A DNA stretch of 64,000 bases from the NCBI RefSeq assembly GCF_964355755.1, contig NC_092671.1, positions 18,972,001 through 19,036,000 on the forward strand, read 5' to 3'. Made by a program: the position numbers and the translations under genes. The notes beneath the pieces are model-generated. The model saw only the letters and a program-made list of their open reading frames with translations. It did no database searches and was not told the DNA's origin. Positions 38,105-52,613 of the stretch are shown piece by piece; position 1 is the stretch's first letter, and every line of letters starts with the position of its first letter. Source of the stretch: Antedon mediterranea (taxonomy: Eukaryota > Animalia > Echinodermata).

Positions 38105-41100
38105 TACTCTAGTAGCTAGATCAACTTTCGTATGCACTTTGAGGTCCAGAGAATTTGACTTCAGAAATTGGTTTAGGGTGGTCAAACAATCATTTTTGGC
38201 TTGGTTACACATTTTGAAAATGTGGCGAAAGGTCAAAAGGTCAGGGTGAAAGGTCATAAGACCAAACACCAATATGTCCTTAAATCTGAACAACCACTGG
38301 TCACAGCAAAGTAATTTTGGTCTCAAATTGATCAGAAGGTATACATTTATATTTAGTCTAATGGGACATTTTAGTTTAAAATGACCGGAAATGCCATTTC
38401 TGACCTTTGACCCACAACCCAGGGCATGTATTTATCTCCGTAACTACTGGTCGTAGACACTTAAATTTGGTTTTAAATTGTTCGAAATATATATTTTGTT
38501 ATATGAAAAACATTTTGAAAAATGTTACAAAACGTCAAAGGGTCAGGGTCAAGGGTTATATAAACAAATAAATAAAGGTACTTGTATCTCGGCAACCACT
38601 GGTCGCAGCAAGTCAATTTTGGTCTCAAAATGTTCAGAAGGCATGCATTTATATTCCGTCTAATGGGGCATTTTAGTAAAAAATGATCAGAAATGCCATT
38701 CCTGACCTTTGACCCACATACCATGGCATCTTCATATCTCTGTAAGTACTGGTCATAGAAACTTAAATTTGGTATCAAATTGTTTGAAATATACATATTT
38801 ACATTCATTGTAATAGAAAATGTGGTTAAAAGATGAACAGAAAATACTATTACTAATGTTTCAAACAAAAAACATATCTCTACACAACTTATCCTTAGAC
38901 AGTAATGTTATGCAATATGATACTTTAAATTGTTTCAATTTCAAGTAGGCCTACTAGTTATTGCTGTCCACGAGAACATTTTGATATAAACATCAAGCTC
39001 AACAGTTCTTTTCAGAATGCTAGAAGTAACTTGCCATGTGTATCCGATTAAACGCCCCGGGCATTTATTGTTCAAAAGGGTTTTTAGGGGGAGGGGAGGC
39101 ATCTTTATTTGGGGTATAATATGGTAACATGTATAATCAAATAAATACCACCTAGATGTAAAAAAATACTGCACAATTAATATAAAAAAATGATAACATT
39201 ATGTCAAAATGCTTGGTAAATTGTAGATTATGGTAATTAATGAAATGTGTTGTGATACAATTATTTTGTAAATGCATGTGGCGGAGCGTTTATTCCACAT
39301 GATGTTCTATAGGATGGAATGGAGGCTTTTATTCAAAGCGGGTGTGTTAATTCGAATAAATACTCGAGCTCAACAGTTAAGAATGCTAGAAGTAACTTAC
39401 TATAGTTACCCGAATAAAAGGTCCGGGCATTTAGTTATTCAGGGAAGGCGTTTATTTTGTTTGGGTGTAATAATGGTAACATGTATAATCAAATAAATAC
39501 ACCCCAGATAAAAAAAAAAAAAATTAATATAATAAGAATAATATCTGGATTAAACCTCATTCTATCCTGTTGCAAGTACAATCATGTAATAAAAGGTATC
39601 ACAGACAACTATAATAGACCAATTCATTGTTATGATTCCGTAACACTGTTGCATAATATTTTTGAATGTTACCGACAAAACTTATAATATGTATAAGTTT
39701 TGTCGGTGTATATTATACACGTCTGTTCCCAGTGTAGATAATAAAACAATATATGTTTCTGGAGATTTATTATCAATACCACTAGAAACTTTGACATGTT
39801 TTAGGTACTGAATTCATTGATAATAAAAGCATCAGAAGTTATCATGATAAAATCATACTACAACACTGTACACAAGGGTGTTTTCAGGAAAGCTGGACAT
39901 ATTGTACAATAGTAATGAAGCTATGTATTGGCATTTAAAAATATGCAAAAGATTGTTGTCAAATTGTAGTCACAAACAAACAGATGATAGAATGAAGATC
40001 CATTATGAGTGCAATTGTGTCAGGATAATGATGTGTCATTGTTTTATATAATTATACTGGCACCTGGAAGAGAAGATCCATTTAATGTTATCTATGACAG
40101 TGTCACTTTTATTCTAAAAGACAGAAACATTTTGTTAAAAAGCATAAAGAAAACAACGAATCATGTAAAGTACCTTTTATCAGTTGAGAAACGAATTATA
40201 ATTATTAAAATTAGAGTATTTATTCGAATTAACACCCGCTTTGAATAAAAGCCTCTCTCAAATAAACGCCACCATTCCCTCTAATAGAACACCATTACAT
40301 GTGGAATACGCCCGCCACATGCATTTACACAATGATTGTATCTACAATTTACCAAGCATTTTTTTCACTTTTTGATATTAATTGTGCTGTATTTTTTTTT
40401 ACATCTAGGTGGTATTTATTTGATTATACATATTACCATATTATACCACAAATAAAGATGCCTCCCCTGCCCCTAAAAACCCCTTTGAACAATAAATGCC
40501 CGGGGAGTTTAATCGGATACACATGGCAAGTTACTTCTAGCATTCTGAAAATAACTGTTGAGCTTGACGTTTCTATCAATGTTCTTGGGGTCAGCAATAA
40601 CTAGTACTTGAAATTGAAACAATTTAAAGTATCAGTTATTGCATAACATTACTGTCTAAGGATAAGTTATGTAGAGATATGTTTTTTGTTTGAAACATTA
40701 GTAATAGTATTTCTGTTCATCTTTTAACCACATTTTCTATTAAAATGAATGTAAATATGTATATTTCTACGACCAGTACTTACAGAGATATGAAGATGCC
40801 ATGATATGTGGGTCAAAGGTCAGAAATGGCATTTCTGATACTTTTTGACTAAAATGTCCCATTAGATTGAATATGAAAGCATGCCTTCTGAACATTTTGA
40901 GACTAAAATTGACTTGCTGCGACGAGTGGTTGCCGAGATACAAGTATCTATTTTTATTTGTTCATATAACCTCTGACCTTGACCCTTTGACCTTTTGTAA
41001 CATTTTTAAAAATGTGCTACAAATAATAAATATTTATTTCAAACAATTTAAGACCAAATTTAAGTGTCTACGATCAGTAGTTACGGAGATACATACATGC

Positions 41101-41419
41101 CCTGAGGTGTGGGTCAAAGGTCAGAAATGGCATTTCCGGTCATTTTTGACTAAAATGTCCCATTAGACTGAATATAAATGTATACCTTCTGATCAATTTG
41201 AGACCAAAATTACTTCGCTGTGACCACTAGTTGTTGAGATTTAAGGACATATTGGTGTTTGGTCTTATGACCTTTCACCCTGACCTTTTGACCTTTCGCC
41301 ACATTTTCAAAATGTGTAACCAAGCCAAAAATGATTGTTTGACCACCCTAAACCAATTTCTGAAGTCAGATTCTCTGGACCTCAAAGTGCATACGAAAGT
41401 TGATCTAGCTACTAGAGTA
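38105..41419. mobile_element. Foldback-type element with about 1.2-kb inverted arms between the convergent UBE2Z and GPD1 3' ends
   Basis: TACTCTAGTAGCTAGATCAACTTTCGTATGCAC at 38105 is mirrored and ends at 41419. Arms about 38105-39365 and 40214-41419, spacer about 850 bp. Terminal TA may be a TSD. Mirror-image ORFs appear on opposite strands. Confidence 0.88.
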
Positions 41420-42904
41420 TATGGACAAAATGTTTACTTTAAAATGTCCTTAAAAGATTAGCCTACATCACTGTATGATTTTTAAATCGCTTAAAATCCA
41501 ACGGAAAAAAGAAGTAAAACACAGCCTGAGTGTATAAAACGGTGTGGCTATGCTTCCAACATTTTCCATTGGATTTTAGGCAATCAATACAATTTTTACA
41601 GTTCCCCCCCCCCCCCCCTACGACCCTGTTAAGAAGTTACAATTTTTTAACATGGTGTCCTGAAATCCCCTGAAATGAAAACGCTGTTATTTCTGTTGGT
41701 TACACTTCACTGCACAGCATTGTTTGTTATCGATCAAAGATGTCTTCCGTTTCGTAAAAAAGGCGTATTAGAATATAGAAGAGATTAAAATATAACAGTG
41801 TAAAATCACAAAAAAAAGTATAATGGAGTTTTCCAGAATTAAATTATATTGCTATATAATGCATTTAATATTATCATTCATCTTATAACATTGTCTTCTT
41901 GAAATATAAGAGTCAAAATGGTTCTGGTCTAATGGATTTAATAGTTTGACCTGCTTACATTTCAAAGTTGGTTCCATGGAATCGTACAGGATACAAGATA
42001 ACAACGCCGCAATGTATGGCGCTCCATGTTAGAATAACAGTAACAGAGACACTAGACAACGAAAGCTCTTACAGATGAGATGTTGGTTCTGATGTACAAA
42101 CTAGATTGCGAAAATCCTTGATATCCCTAGACACATAATAAAACATTTAAGTAGTTTCATTACACACACTTACTCATGTCCACTACAAATGTATTTAATT
42201 CCATATTGTTTTCTCAAATACAAACACAGTATAGTAAGAGTCAAGTCAACTGTCCACATTATTATGGCAATTACTAATTACTCTCATACACAATTTTATC
42301 AATAATATATTGACCAAATTTCTAAGAACACATCTCATGTGATTCACATATTCAACAAACATATCTATTTTAATAACAGTTTCTATTTTGACAATCCAGA
42401 TAATTATTACTCATTTATTAGTGTTTTGCAAAAGACATTATATATGTATGTCAAACTGTAATGGAAATGATTTATTATTAATAATTAATTTCTACCATGA
42501 TGCCTATCTTTTATAAGAAATGCATAGTCCATAGGTATTAGGTTTGAAAACGTGATTAAATTTTAAAATGTGCGTCTGAATTCGAAAATAAATATTATAA
42601 CTTACTCAAGGCATTATAGTAGTTATTATTTCATTCAGAATTTCAACCCTACGTACAATGACAAATTTGGGTTTTTTATCAGACGTTCATATGACTGTGA
42701 CAATAATGGTAAGCTGCGTTCAATAAAACTCGTGAAGTTGATGTACTCTTGTTAACAACTTGTAAAGCGTGTTCATCTCATTGGTGGTTTTCTCAGATTT
42801 TGCATTTTCTTGTATAACGAGTTATTAAATAATTGTTCACATGTTCTAATAAACGCAGCATTTTAAGAATCTTGTATGCTTGAACACAGATTGTATGTGT
42901 TAAG

Positions 42905-43030
42905 TTTTGTCTACACTATCAAACTAGTTGTGATGTGCCCAAATATGGTAGTGATATGATGTCGTCTTGTCCATATGGGCACATCCAATTGTTTGTAACA
43001 TAAAGTTTAATAGTGTGGACAGAGCTTTAC
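42905..43030. mobile_element. MITE family copy (PIF/Harbinger-like) downstream of the GPD1 stop
   Basis: tgtctacactatcaaact ... agtttaatagtgtggaca inverted ends with the tgtgatgtgcccaaatatgg core. Confidence 0.6.
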
Positions 43031-43261
43031 TCATTTGTGTAAAACCTTGATCATGAGCAGTTTGAACAGCATACAAGATTAGACAGAGACAGAGAGGTAG
43101 ACTATTACCCAACATGTAAATACAAGTTACTATTGATATGAAAATAAAATTTAGATGAAAAAGTGAATACTGTAGTACAATAGTTTATTATTATTAATGA
43201 ATTATAATATTATATATCTTAAAGTCGGTTCCCACAGCAAAGACATGATTGGAAAGACAGC

Positions 43262-46200
43262 TTACATATGCTCAGGGTGGTCGTGTAGGCACGATATCAA
43301 CTGATTGGCTGGTTTATCTTCATAACAAATTCTATACACAGCTGTCAGTAATGGAAAACTATAAAAAATAAAGAGATTATTATTATTCATTCAAAAATTA
43401 CAGGAGGTCAAACTGGCCTAAAATGGTTGGCATATGCATATTGTAAAAAGCCATGGTAACTAGTAAAGCATGTTGATGGAGAGTTAAGCAAACAATTGAA
43501 CTCTTAACAACTAATATAAGACAAGTTTTGAGCAGGCAATTGTCAAGGTGAAACTTGTCTCGATACAGATTTAAATATACATTGCATAGAAAAAATGTAT
43601 ACCTGTTTTCAATTCCTTTATCTTTTAGCATCACATGAACCTCATGAGCTGTCTGTGGTCCTTGTAACTTCTGCCCATTTAACAGTTCTTTTTCAAGTTC
43701 CTCAATGCTCTAAGTTAAAGGGTAAATAAGTTTTTAAAATTCACTTCCCAAATAAGGTTATTATTGGAAGAAAGATTTCTGGAGGAAAAATATTGTTCTC
43801 CAAAAAATGCACACAGAACAGAACATATGGACACAGACTGGAAGGTTGAGTGTTGTTGGAAATTATACATTTAAATGTTTAAAAGATAAAAGGCACATTT
43901 TGTTGTGAGGACCCGATTTTGATGAATCAGATAAAATCTTACAGTAGGACGAAAATTAAAGCAGTTGTTGCTTCGTAAAACAATGCAATGCTAGCTCAGG
44001 TCAGGAAGAGGCTACAATCGTGGAAGATGTGATGTGGGAATACTTTTTTTAATAATTACGATATAAAATTAAAAATCAGCAGCTAGTACTGAAATTTATT
44101 GCTTTACATTAAAAGATAAAGTTCAAGTAGACTGGTCACGTCATTGGAAAGAAAAGTGCCTAATATTATTTTTTCAATTCATACAAAACAATGCATTTTT
44201 AAACCGCCAACGAAAAATTGACTTTCCTACTCACTTTGCCAGTTTTTACAAAGGCTTCAGCCACGCGCCTGTTTCGTCCACCATAACATGTTGTGACAAG
44301 ATCTGCCACGCCACAACTCTCTAAAAATGTTTCTGTTTGAATACCATCATAGAATTTCTTTGCAAAAGACATCATCTCCATTAGGCCTAGTCGAATGACG
44401 GCAGCTTTTGTGTTGTCTCCAAGACCCAAGCCATCTACAATACCAGCACCTACTGCTACGATATTCTACAACAAAGAATATTGAGAAATACATTACATTC
44501 ATCACAATTAGTATTAAGGCCAATTTACACAGAAGCGCAGTAACACGCCGCTCGGAGTTCGGGAGTGGTGTGGTGGAATGTAGGTTCTTGTAGGCCTCGA
44601 GACTAATGCCTGCAATCATGACACTGATGGCCTACACTAGATGTTTTATAATTGACTGTCATATTATGGCCTAGAGCAGTAGCCTACCACAGGCTTAGAC
44701 CTGGGTTTAGGGGGACTTGTTGCCTAACAACGTCCCAAATGTATCTTTTTTACACTATCCTTATACAAACAATCAGTCACGTCATAGTTGTGTGTATTTC
44801 TGAATAATAAGAAGTTCCAAAACCAACTACGGCACTCATATTTATTTTCATCTTGGACTCGACAGACTCAAGCAAAAAAGTTGTTGCTACATGTCGTTGA
44901 TTGGCCAGACTCCACAAATATCGCGCTGTATTACAATCGAATCTGTTCTATCCTGAGCCACGTTCTGTGTAAATGGTCATAAGAAATTATCTGCTTACTG
45001 TTACCACTTACAGTTACCGCTCATCTATATAAATTGGCCTTTAGCTTATGTAATTTTACAATAATGTATTTTCCATTGCCCTTGGTGTTACCTTTCTTTA
45101 ACATAAAAGGTATGCACAATTTGTACTATTTATGCAATTTAAACCCAAATATATTCAAACTTTATTTACTTTATAAAGTTTAAGCCCTACAAAAAACTTA
45201 AGGTTAAAAAAAAAATTAAAAAAACCTTTATTTCCAGTCGCCATTGTTAATATATATACTTACCTTTAAGGCACCACATAGCTCAACAGCTGTAGAATCA
45301 TTAACCACTACAACACGGAAGCTATCTGACTGGAAGAGACTCTTTAAAGCAGGTCCTTGTATCTTGTCAATACAGCCTAAAAATTATGCCAATAACAAAT
45401 TCCACTCAAAATAGGTTTACAAGCATTATTATAGTCAAGTAAACTTAAATCTCTCAAATAGGCAATTTGATGTCACACAACAGTTATTCATTTTGACCAA
45501 AACATTCTGCACCTGATATCTTGTCTTTTTAATTTAGTGAAATTTGTATGTATGATTTTATTCATCTTTACGTTTTGAGGAAAAATATCTTTAAACAATG
45601 AAGAATATTAAATTTAAGTCCAACATTTTAAAAATCACGCAAACCCTGCAAAATTAATACAATGTTCTCAAATGAATTTATTAACTTAATTTTGATTGGT
45701 CACCTTTCTACTGATTTATAAGTTAACTGACCAATGGTGGTTTCACAGAAGTTTCCAGCTGCAACCTCTGGAGCCAAGTTGGCACCCATGAGCACACTCA
45801 CAGGAATATCTAGCTCTCTGTTTATATACTTGGAGATAAGTTCAATTCCAGCCTGCCCTTCAGAGTTCATAAGTCCCTAGACAAAAATTAAATAAACAAC
45901 TTCATGACAATGACTGGTAGATTTATTATTGAGCCAAGTACAGTACTGTATATTGATAGTTGTCAACCTGTGTTGTTTGCCCGACTGCAGTAGTGCAATA
46001 TCTAGTATAATCTCATGCTAGAGTACAATAGTGCTACAATTTAGCATTACACATAACATATATCCATTGTTAATCCGAGTATAATCCTACACCCAAAATT
46101 TTGCAATTTTTACAATATAATATTATAATACTAGTGTACTGTAGAAAGTAAATATGTTGGTAGGATTAAAGAATTGAATTTAGGATTGAATGAAACAGGA

Positions 46201-49200
46201 AATGATTAATCTTATGATAATTACTGTTTGCCATAATTTCAATCAAAATCTTTCAGGAAAGACAAAGCTTATCAATTATGAAGGCCACTACATATCTTCT
46301 CCAAAATAGATCGTCAATAATACTGCACTAGTTTACTAATAATTAAATAGTTTTCAAAAGCTCTGCAAACCTTACTACAGTCAAATCAAAGCCTGGGTCA
46401 AAATGTCTCATCAGGGGTTAGGATAAGTACACATACAGTAAATGACTCTCTCCTTTCAATGTGGTCATTACCTTAATAAGCGAGATTCCATAAGTACCAC
46501 GTTCAATGGTGCCTTTGAGTTTCTTACAGATGCCAGGAACAAATTGATGAGGTAATACAAATACTAGAATTGTAGCACCTTTGGCAGCCTCAACAACATC
46601 TGGCACTGCAACCTAAACAAAGGAATATATACAAATATTAAATGTTTATGAGTTCAATGGTGAGAATATTTCATAAGTAAAAAGATCAACTGTTCTATTT
46701 ATGTAATAAGGTGAGGTCATGTTAAATAAATTGGACAATATTTTAACAATTTGTTTTTCTTATGATATATCATTGTTAACGATGTCACAGTGTTTCATTG
46801 TTTATAAAGGTCTATGACATGGGATGTTTTCTTTTTCTGAAAAGGTACACAGCAGTCACCTCTACTAAAACCTGCATATGAAAGAGGTCATCCACAACCG
46901 CTACAGTTTTGTAAAGAGTTTATATAAATAGTATTAACATTGTTTTTTAAATTTTATAAAACCTCTGTTCAAATTATTTCCAGATTTTGAACTTCAGATT
47001 TCCAAGTATAAATCTCTACCCTTACTTTATCATGATAAAAAAAAAAGATAATAATATAGGAACTATTTAGTTGTGGGCGTGTGAAGATTTACAGTAGCTT
47101 GGGCGATGGGATATTAAAATAACAGACCAGAAAAAAAAAATAAGGTTTTACATCTGAATCAACCACCAGAAAGTGAGTTGGGGAGTGTACTGGAGTGGAG
47201 TGAGAAAGAATACCCACTCTGGGGCCAATATAAATTCGTGAGGTTAATTTCCCGATTGATCGTAATCAAAACGGTACTGGGTATGGTCTACTAGTTTTTC
47301 TGCTCCCAACCAGTACATCCATTCATAGAAGCTTTGATGAAGTAAGCCTACCTGGTGGTAACCATAGAAACGGTTCAGAGATAACGACTATACTTCGGCT
47401 TTAGTCGACAGAAGATTGAAAAAATTGTTAGAGATAGAGTATATGATGTTTGATTATGTGTAGATGTGTGATTTGTTCTTTTATTCAAATGATGTTATTT
47501 ATTTAATAAACTTTTTTATACCAATTAATTAAATTATCGTAGATTGTATATTATGCGATAAATATTATTTAATAATTTTTTGATATATTATTGTTATTAT
47601 TATTATTATATTAAAAAAGATATTTGTTAGTATAAATTAAAAAATATAGATATAAGGAAGAAAAGCAAAGAGATTATGGAGCGGCTGTACCAGAATATAC
47701 AACACTAAGTATTGTAAAGTTATAATACTAACAAATTTAGGTGATCTTGTCAAAGGTCAAGCGCCTTCAGCCTGCAATGTTTCGATATTCAATATTGAAC
47801 TTGACCTTAAAAGGTTTTACATCTGAATCACCACCAGAAAGTGAGTTGGGGAGTGTACTGGAGTGGATTGAGAAAGAATACCCACTCTGGGGCCGATATA
47901 AATTTGTTAAACTAAAACTGAAAAAAGGGCTTACCACATTTTCAGGCAGTTTGTAGCCTTTTAGATATTTAACATTTTCATGTGTTGTGTTAATAATCTC
48001 TGTAAGCTTTTGTCCGTCAATCATCTCCTCATACACCCACATATTGACAATTGTCTCAAACTCATCATACTTCTTTGCATTTTCACCAACGATCCGTGCA
48101 ATCGCAGAGCCCCTGAATAAATAGACAACAAATAATAATAGTGACATAATAGTGCCAACAAATTGATATTCTAAGACTAAGTGCCTTATTTATTCGAATA
48201 AACTCGCTCATACAGTAGAACATTGTTAGGAATAAATTCCCTCTTTGATTTAACAAATAAACGCCATCCAAATACACAATACATACAATACTGTATTAAC
48301 AATTATACACATTAATTGACTGACTATGATCTACAGTACTACAAATTACAAAGCATTTTGATACAATTTGTAATGTATTTTATCACTTGATTATGGATAT
48401 TAATTTTTTTTTATATCAAGGGGACACTAATTAGGTTATATGCATTGATGCATATAACCTCTTGATTCTGTCAGAATCTTTATTTATTTATTTATTTATT
48501 CTTTCCTTAGCACTATTTTGTCCGTGAATTATCTTGGTATCAGTTTCATCTAACTAAGTCAATTTTCAGAGTATATTCCTTATGGCCAGGAATCGATGTG
48601 GTTATGTTTTCACGGTGCGCAATAAAAAATTACGTGGTCTACGCGCGATTTAACGAAATCACGTTTGTAATCATATCTTCACAAGCATGAATCACTTTTA
48701 AACAAAATTTGGTACTCATAAATTTCAGGTCATATTTAATCATATGGCAATACAATTACGTGCGTAGCGCATAACGCATGCGTACGCGCGCTTAAAATTT
48801 TCAAAATTGTCAACATTATTTTCGATGAAATTAGAGTACGTTTTAGGCAATTTTAAGCGTTTAAAAAATTGCCATGAGTGCGCAGATTTTTGCGCGTTAT
48901 ACGTTATTGCGCACTCTTTTTGTCCGATTTCTGTTGTACAACCTTTCTTTAAAAATATCATATTTTATTCACTTTTGATCGCGAAACTGCGTTATACGAG
49001 CACGTCAAAATTGACAGGCTACGCACGTGTAAGTTAACAAAATGGTGAAAATATGCTAAATTTTAAAATTAATATTGATTGTCAGAATGCTCGGGAACAC
49101 CTATTTTTTATTTTATTTTCTTGAAGTGTATGTATCATATGTATGATTTATTATGAAATTAAGAGAACAAAAGTTGATTAAGTCATCATTAATGGCATAT

Positions 49201-50764
49201 TAAATTTAAAATTAATAATCTCGACAATCAAACAAATTATAACATTTTCTTAGGCCAAAATAACAAACTTAACATTAACTTTCTTCATTAAGAAGTTCAT
49301 ATATTAAAGTTAAAAGTATATAGTTTGACAGTGCATCATTTTTTTAAATTTTTAAAGATGTCATCATAGTAAAAAATTATAATTAATTGCGGTATGTAAT
49401 TGTAATAATCTATCTGCACCAAAGTGGTTACTGCATAGTAAATACACGGAGGAATCTTACTACAACTTTTAGTCAGTTGTGTATGGCTCGGTGGTCTGTG
49501 CTCGTGTCTATGTACCGAGATCGAGTCTCACCTTGGATTTTTTTTATTATTATCCGTAGGCCTATTGTTTGTTCAATTTTATTTCTTAGTGTATAGATTA
49601 CACATGATTTATAATGAAATCTAGATAAAAAGTAACTTATGTCTTTATTATTATGTAACAAATGTGGTTTATGACATCATATATGCAGAAGGATCTTTGA
49701 TCGGATTATGATACCGGCTATTGTATTTGCGTTAGCAAGATCCTATCATACATTATAAATAATTAAAGATTCTGTGAAAATCAATCGATCAATACATCTT
49801 CAATCAATTATCTTTATTTAAATAAATCAATGCATATACTGTAACCTATAATTCGTCATAGTGACGAATTAAATCTAGTTTGAGTTTTATATTAGTACAG
49901 TATTGAAACTTTAAACCCAGAAAAATAAGCATCTCCCTCGAAAAAATATGGTAAAGTTGATACGGTTAATATTGGTAAAAATCAAGACACATTTTATTTT
50001 CCTTTAAAATATTTCTTTAATCAATCAAACTATCTATCTGATCAGAAGAACCTAAAGAGACATTCATATTGAACATACAATCAATGATATATCTAGGTCA
50101 GGACTTAAATAAATTGAATATTTAAATAATCTTTAGATTTCTGAACTTTAACCCACCCAGTTGTCATTATCAACCCTATGCAAACATGAATATCACAATG
50201 TCAAGATGATTAACTGTACATTTTTGTTTGCCATTTATTAGTATTACAATTATGCTAGGTTATAAAATAATAATTATATGTACTGTTGACTGGTCATAAA
50301 AAAAGTAATGGTTACTATAGCCTAGGTAGGCCCTATAATTTATTTCTGCAAAGTGCTGGTAGTCGTTTCAAATTGGATAGGCCTAGCTAGGTCTAGCTAC
50401 TTTCTTACTAAATGAGGTCTACCGCCAGCTAGACTATTAGGTCTAGCCTAGATCTGTAGGGTTCCTCTACAAATATCCATTTTTGGTTCTTTGTTATGCC
50501 CAGTACACCTGGGGCCTACTATACCTACTATGTATAGTACAACATGCCAGCCGGGTACGGTTATCCCCTGCCTGCTGCACTTTTTTCATATTTCTTGTTT
50601 AACCAAAACTGTCCTAGCAAGCCTAGGCCTAGCATACGACTGTATTTAATTCTTTGTATAAGCTCAAGTGGTTAAATAAATGCATTTATGCGATTTCCAA
50701 GGGATGTATAACATTCTTACCAATTCCCTGATCCAATTATACAAACTTTAGCTTTTTCCCCCAT
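43262..50764 (-). CDS. GPD1: Glycerol-3-phosphate dehydrogenase [NAD+], cytoplasmic, 8 exons, 351 aa
   Basis: Exons (-): 50764-50721, 48112-47935, 46612-46472, 45876-45732, 45376-45264, 44465-44235, 43709-43603, 43358-43262. GT-AG introns with consistent phases. Motifs: [73 protein letters not shown]-terminal HPEHM. Confidence 0.97.
47142..47904. repeat. About 95-bp direct repeat, two copies in GPD1 intron 2
   Basis: aaggttttacatctgaatca..ccaccagaaagtgagttggggagtgtactggagtgg..gaaagaatacccactctggggcc at about 47142-47236 and 47811-47904. Confidence 0.85.
48528..49035 (-). mobile_element. Interspersed repeat in GPD1 intron 1, inverted relative to the core of the 55113-55937 element
   Basis: ttccttatggccaggaatcgatgtggttatgttttcacg... 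is the reverse complement of about 55295-55780 over about 500 bp. Confidence 0.85.
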
Positions 50765-51870
50765 AATGAAATTTTAGACTAAATCTGCCTCCTTCAGAAT
50801 TAAAAGAACCGGCGCGAGAGAAACGAGAAATTAAAGACCGATTTAGTACACTGTAGAGGGCGCTCGTAAATTTCTTTTTTCTTCCAAATTTCGTTTCCTC
50901 TCATATCAGAGCTGCTCTCCCAATGCTGTACTTTGCATAAAATAAAAGATCTTGGTAGTCTACATCATTAGGCTATGCTAACGTTTTCAATTCAAAATCT
51001 GTGACAGGAAAATTCAAACTTACCGCTTTAATTCATATTAAAAATACGATAATAAGATAAATAATGCACTAAAATGTCCTCATTTTTGTTTGGTCATTCC
51101 ACTTTGGCATTCATACTATTAATTACAAAAAATTATAGGCCCTACCTTCTTTATTTTTTGAAAATCCAAATACTTTCAAATTCTGCCGTTTAATGTCATC
51201 ACATGATCCAATAATTATTGATAATCTATCTAAATATATTTATCATGCTTATAAGTTAAGATATATGTTTTGCTTAGAGAACGAAATTAATTAATTCATT
51301 TATCTTGTACGTGACCATAAATTGATTTATTTTTCAATGTAATTATTATTTTGTTAATAACTAGGGGCCAGAGGCCTAAAGTAAATAAAGTCAGGCGATA
51401 AGCCTGAATGAATGAATTAATATTATTATAGACTAGGCTAAGAAACCATTCGGCCCTGATATGATTCGACACACTTATTTTAACTTAAATTTATCGGCTT
51501 TGATATGCATTTTATAAGCATAAAATAAGCTTTTTCCCACAAACTTTTTTTTCAGACAGATTATGCCGGTTATACTATTAGGGATAAAGATGCAATAAAG
51601 CAAACATTTTGAAAACAGTGTCGACAATGATCATTTTTTTTAATCACGCTATGTCGAAATTTCGACAGCTATATTATATTTACATTCATGTGGCAGGATT
51701 ATACGAAGCCCCATTAGGGACATCCGTTAAAAAAAATTTCCGCCACTATCTTGTACGTACGACTTATTATCTCGTACGTACGACTTATTATCTCGTACGT
51801 ACGAGTTATTATCTCGTACGTACGACTTATTATATTGTACTCTTGTGCGTACGTCGTGTACAACCGCTAA

Positions 51871-52013
51871 TGCTTGGTTCCCACTAGAGATGCAACACGT
51901 AACGCAACGTGAGTGAATTGACCAATCACAAGCGATGGATTATCCGAACTGCCGCTTGTCATTTGTTGCGTTGCGTTTACGCCCTTGCGTTACGTTCTAG
52001 TGGGAACCAAGCT
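51871..52013. mobile_element. PIF/Harbinger (Tourist-like) MITE
   Basis: TIR GCTTGGTTCCCACTAGA / TCTAGTGGGAACCAAGC with TAA target duplication (51868-70, 52014-16). The reconstructed empty site accgctaatgtaga matches neighbouring short repeats. Partial copy at about 58980-59032. Confidence 0.85.
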
Positions 52014-52099
52014 TAATGTAGAAAACGCAAGCTAAAATGTCGAAACAACCGTTAATGTAGAACAATCCACCGCTAATGTAGATGTAAAGTATCAGTCTA

Positions 52100-52410
52100 T
52101 CCACCTCTCTCGTAAGCGACAAACTTTCTAAAAAACGACCATCCATCCAACTCTGCTATTCTCCGAATCGTTTCTAGGCTATATATTTTCTGCTTTTGAG
52201 GGGGTAGTGCAGTTGATGATTGTTTATGAAGGGTGATCAGGTCGTTCGATAGAGTTACCAGTGTAGTGTGGATCGTGGTCGTCCTCTATACTTTTGTTGC
52301 TTACATTTTTCAAAATAATAGTTTTGCTTTATTGGCTGGGACTTCCTTTTGCAATCTGAGGGTGTGACCTAATAACCGCCATCTCGATTCCAAAATGTCC
52401 AAAATTATAA
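52100..52410 (-). mobile_element. 3' remnant of an RTE-like LINE
   Basis: Minus strand encodes RWRLLGHTLRL..EVPANKA followed by GRPRSTL, typical of the non-LTR ORF2 C-terminus. Confidence 0.6.
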
Positions 52411-52613
52411 GGTTCACAAATATCAAAATTTGAAAAACAATTATTACGATGATGAATGACTTATAATATAATAGAAAAATAATAACAAAACAATAATTAT
52501 AAAACCCGATGAATTTATTATAAATCATCTGTATGCCGATATTTTTGTAGAGGACAATTACTTTCTCTCATTCTAATCATAGAAACGTTGAACAAAAACT
52601 TAAAATAATCTTA

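Noticed and set aside
38084-41461. Pairs of similar ORFs on opposite strands suggesting duplicated genes
   Set aside because: They are mirror images produced by the inverted arms, with no recognisable domains or splice structure.
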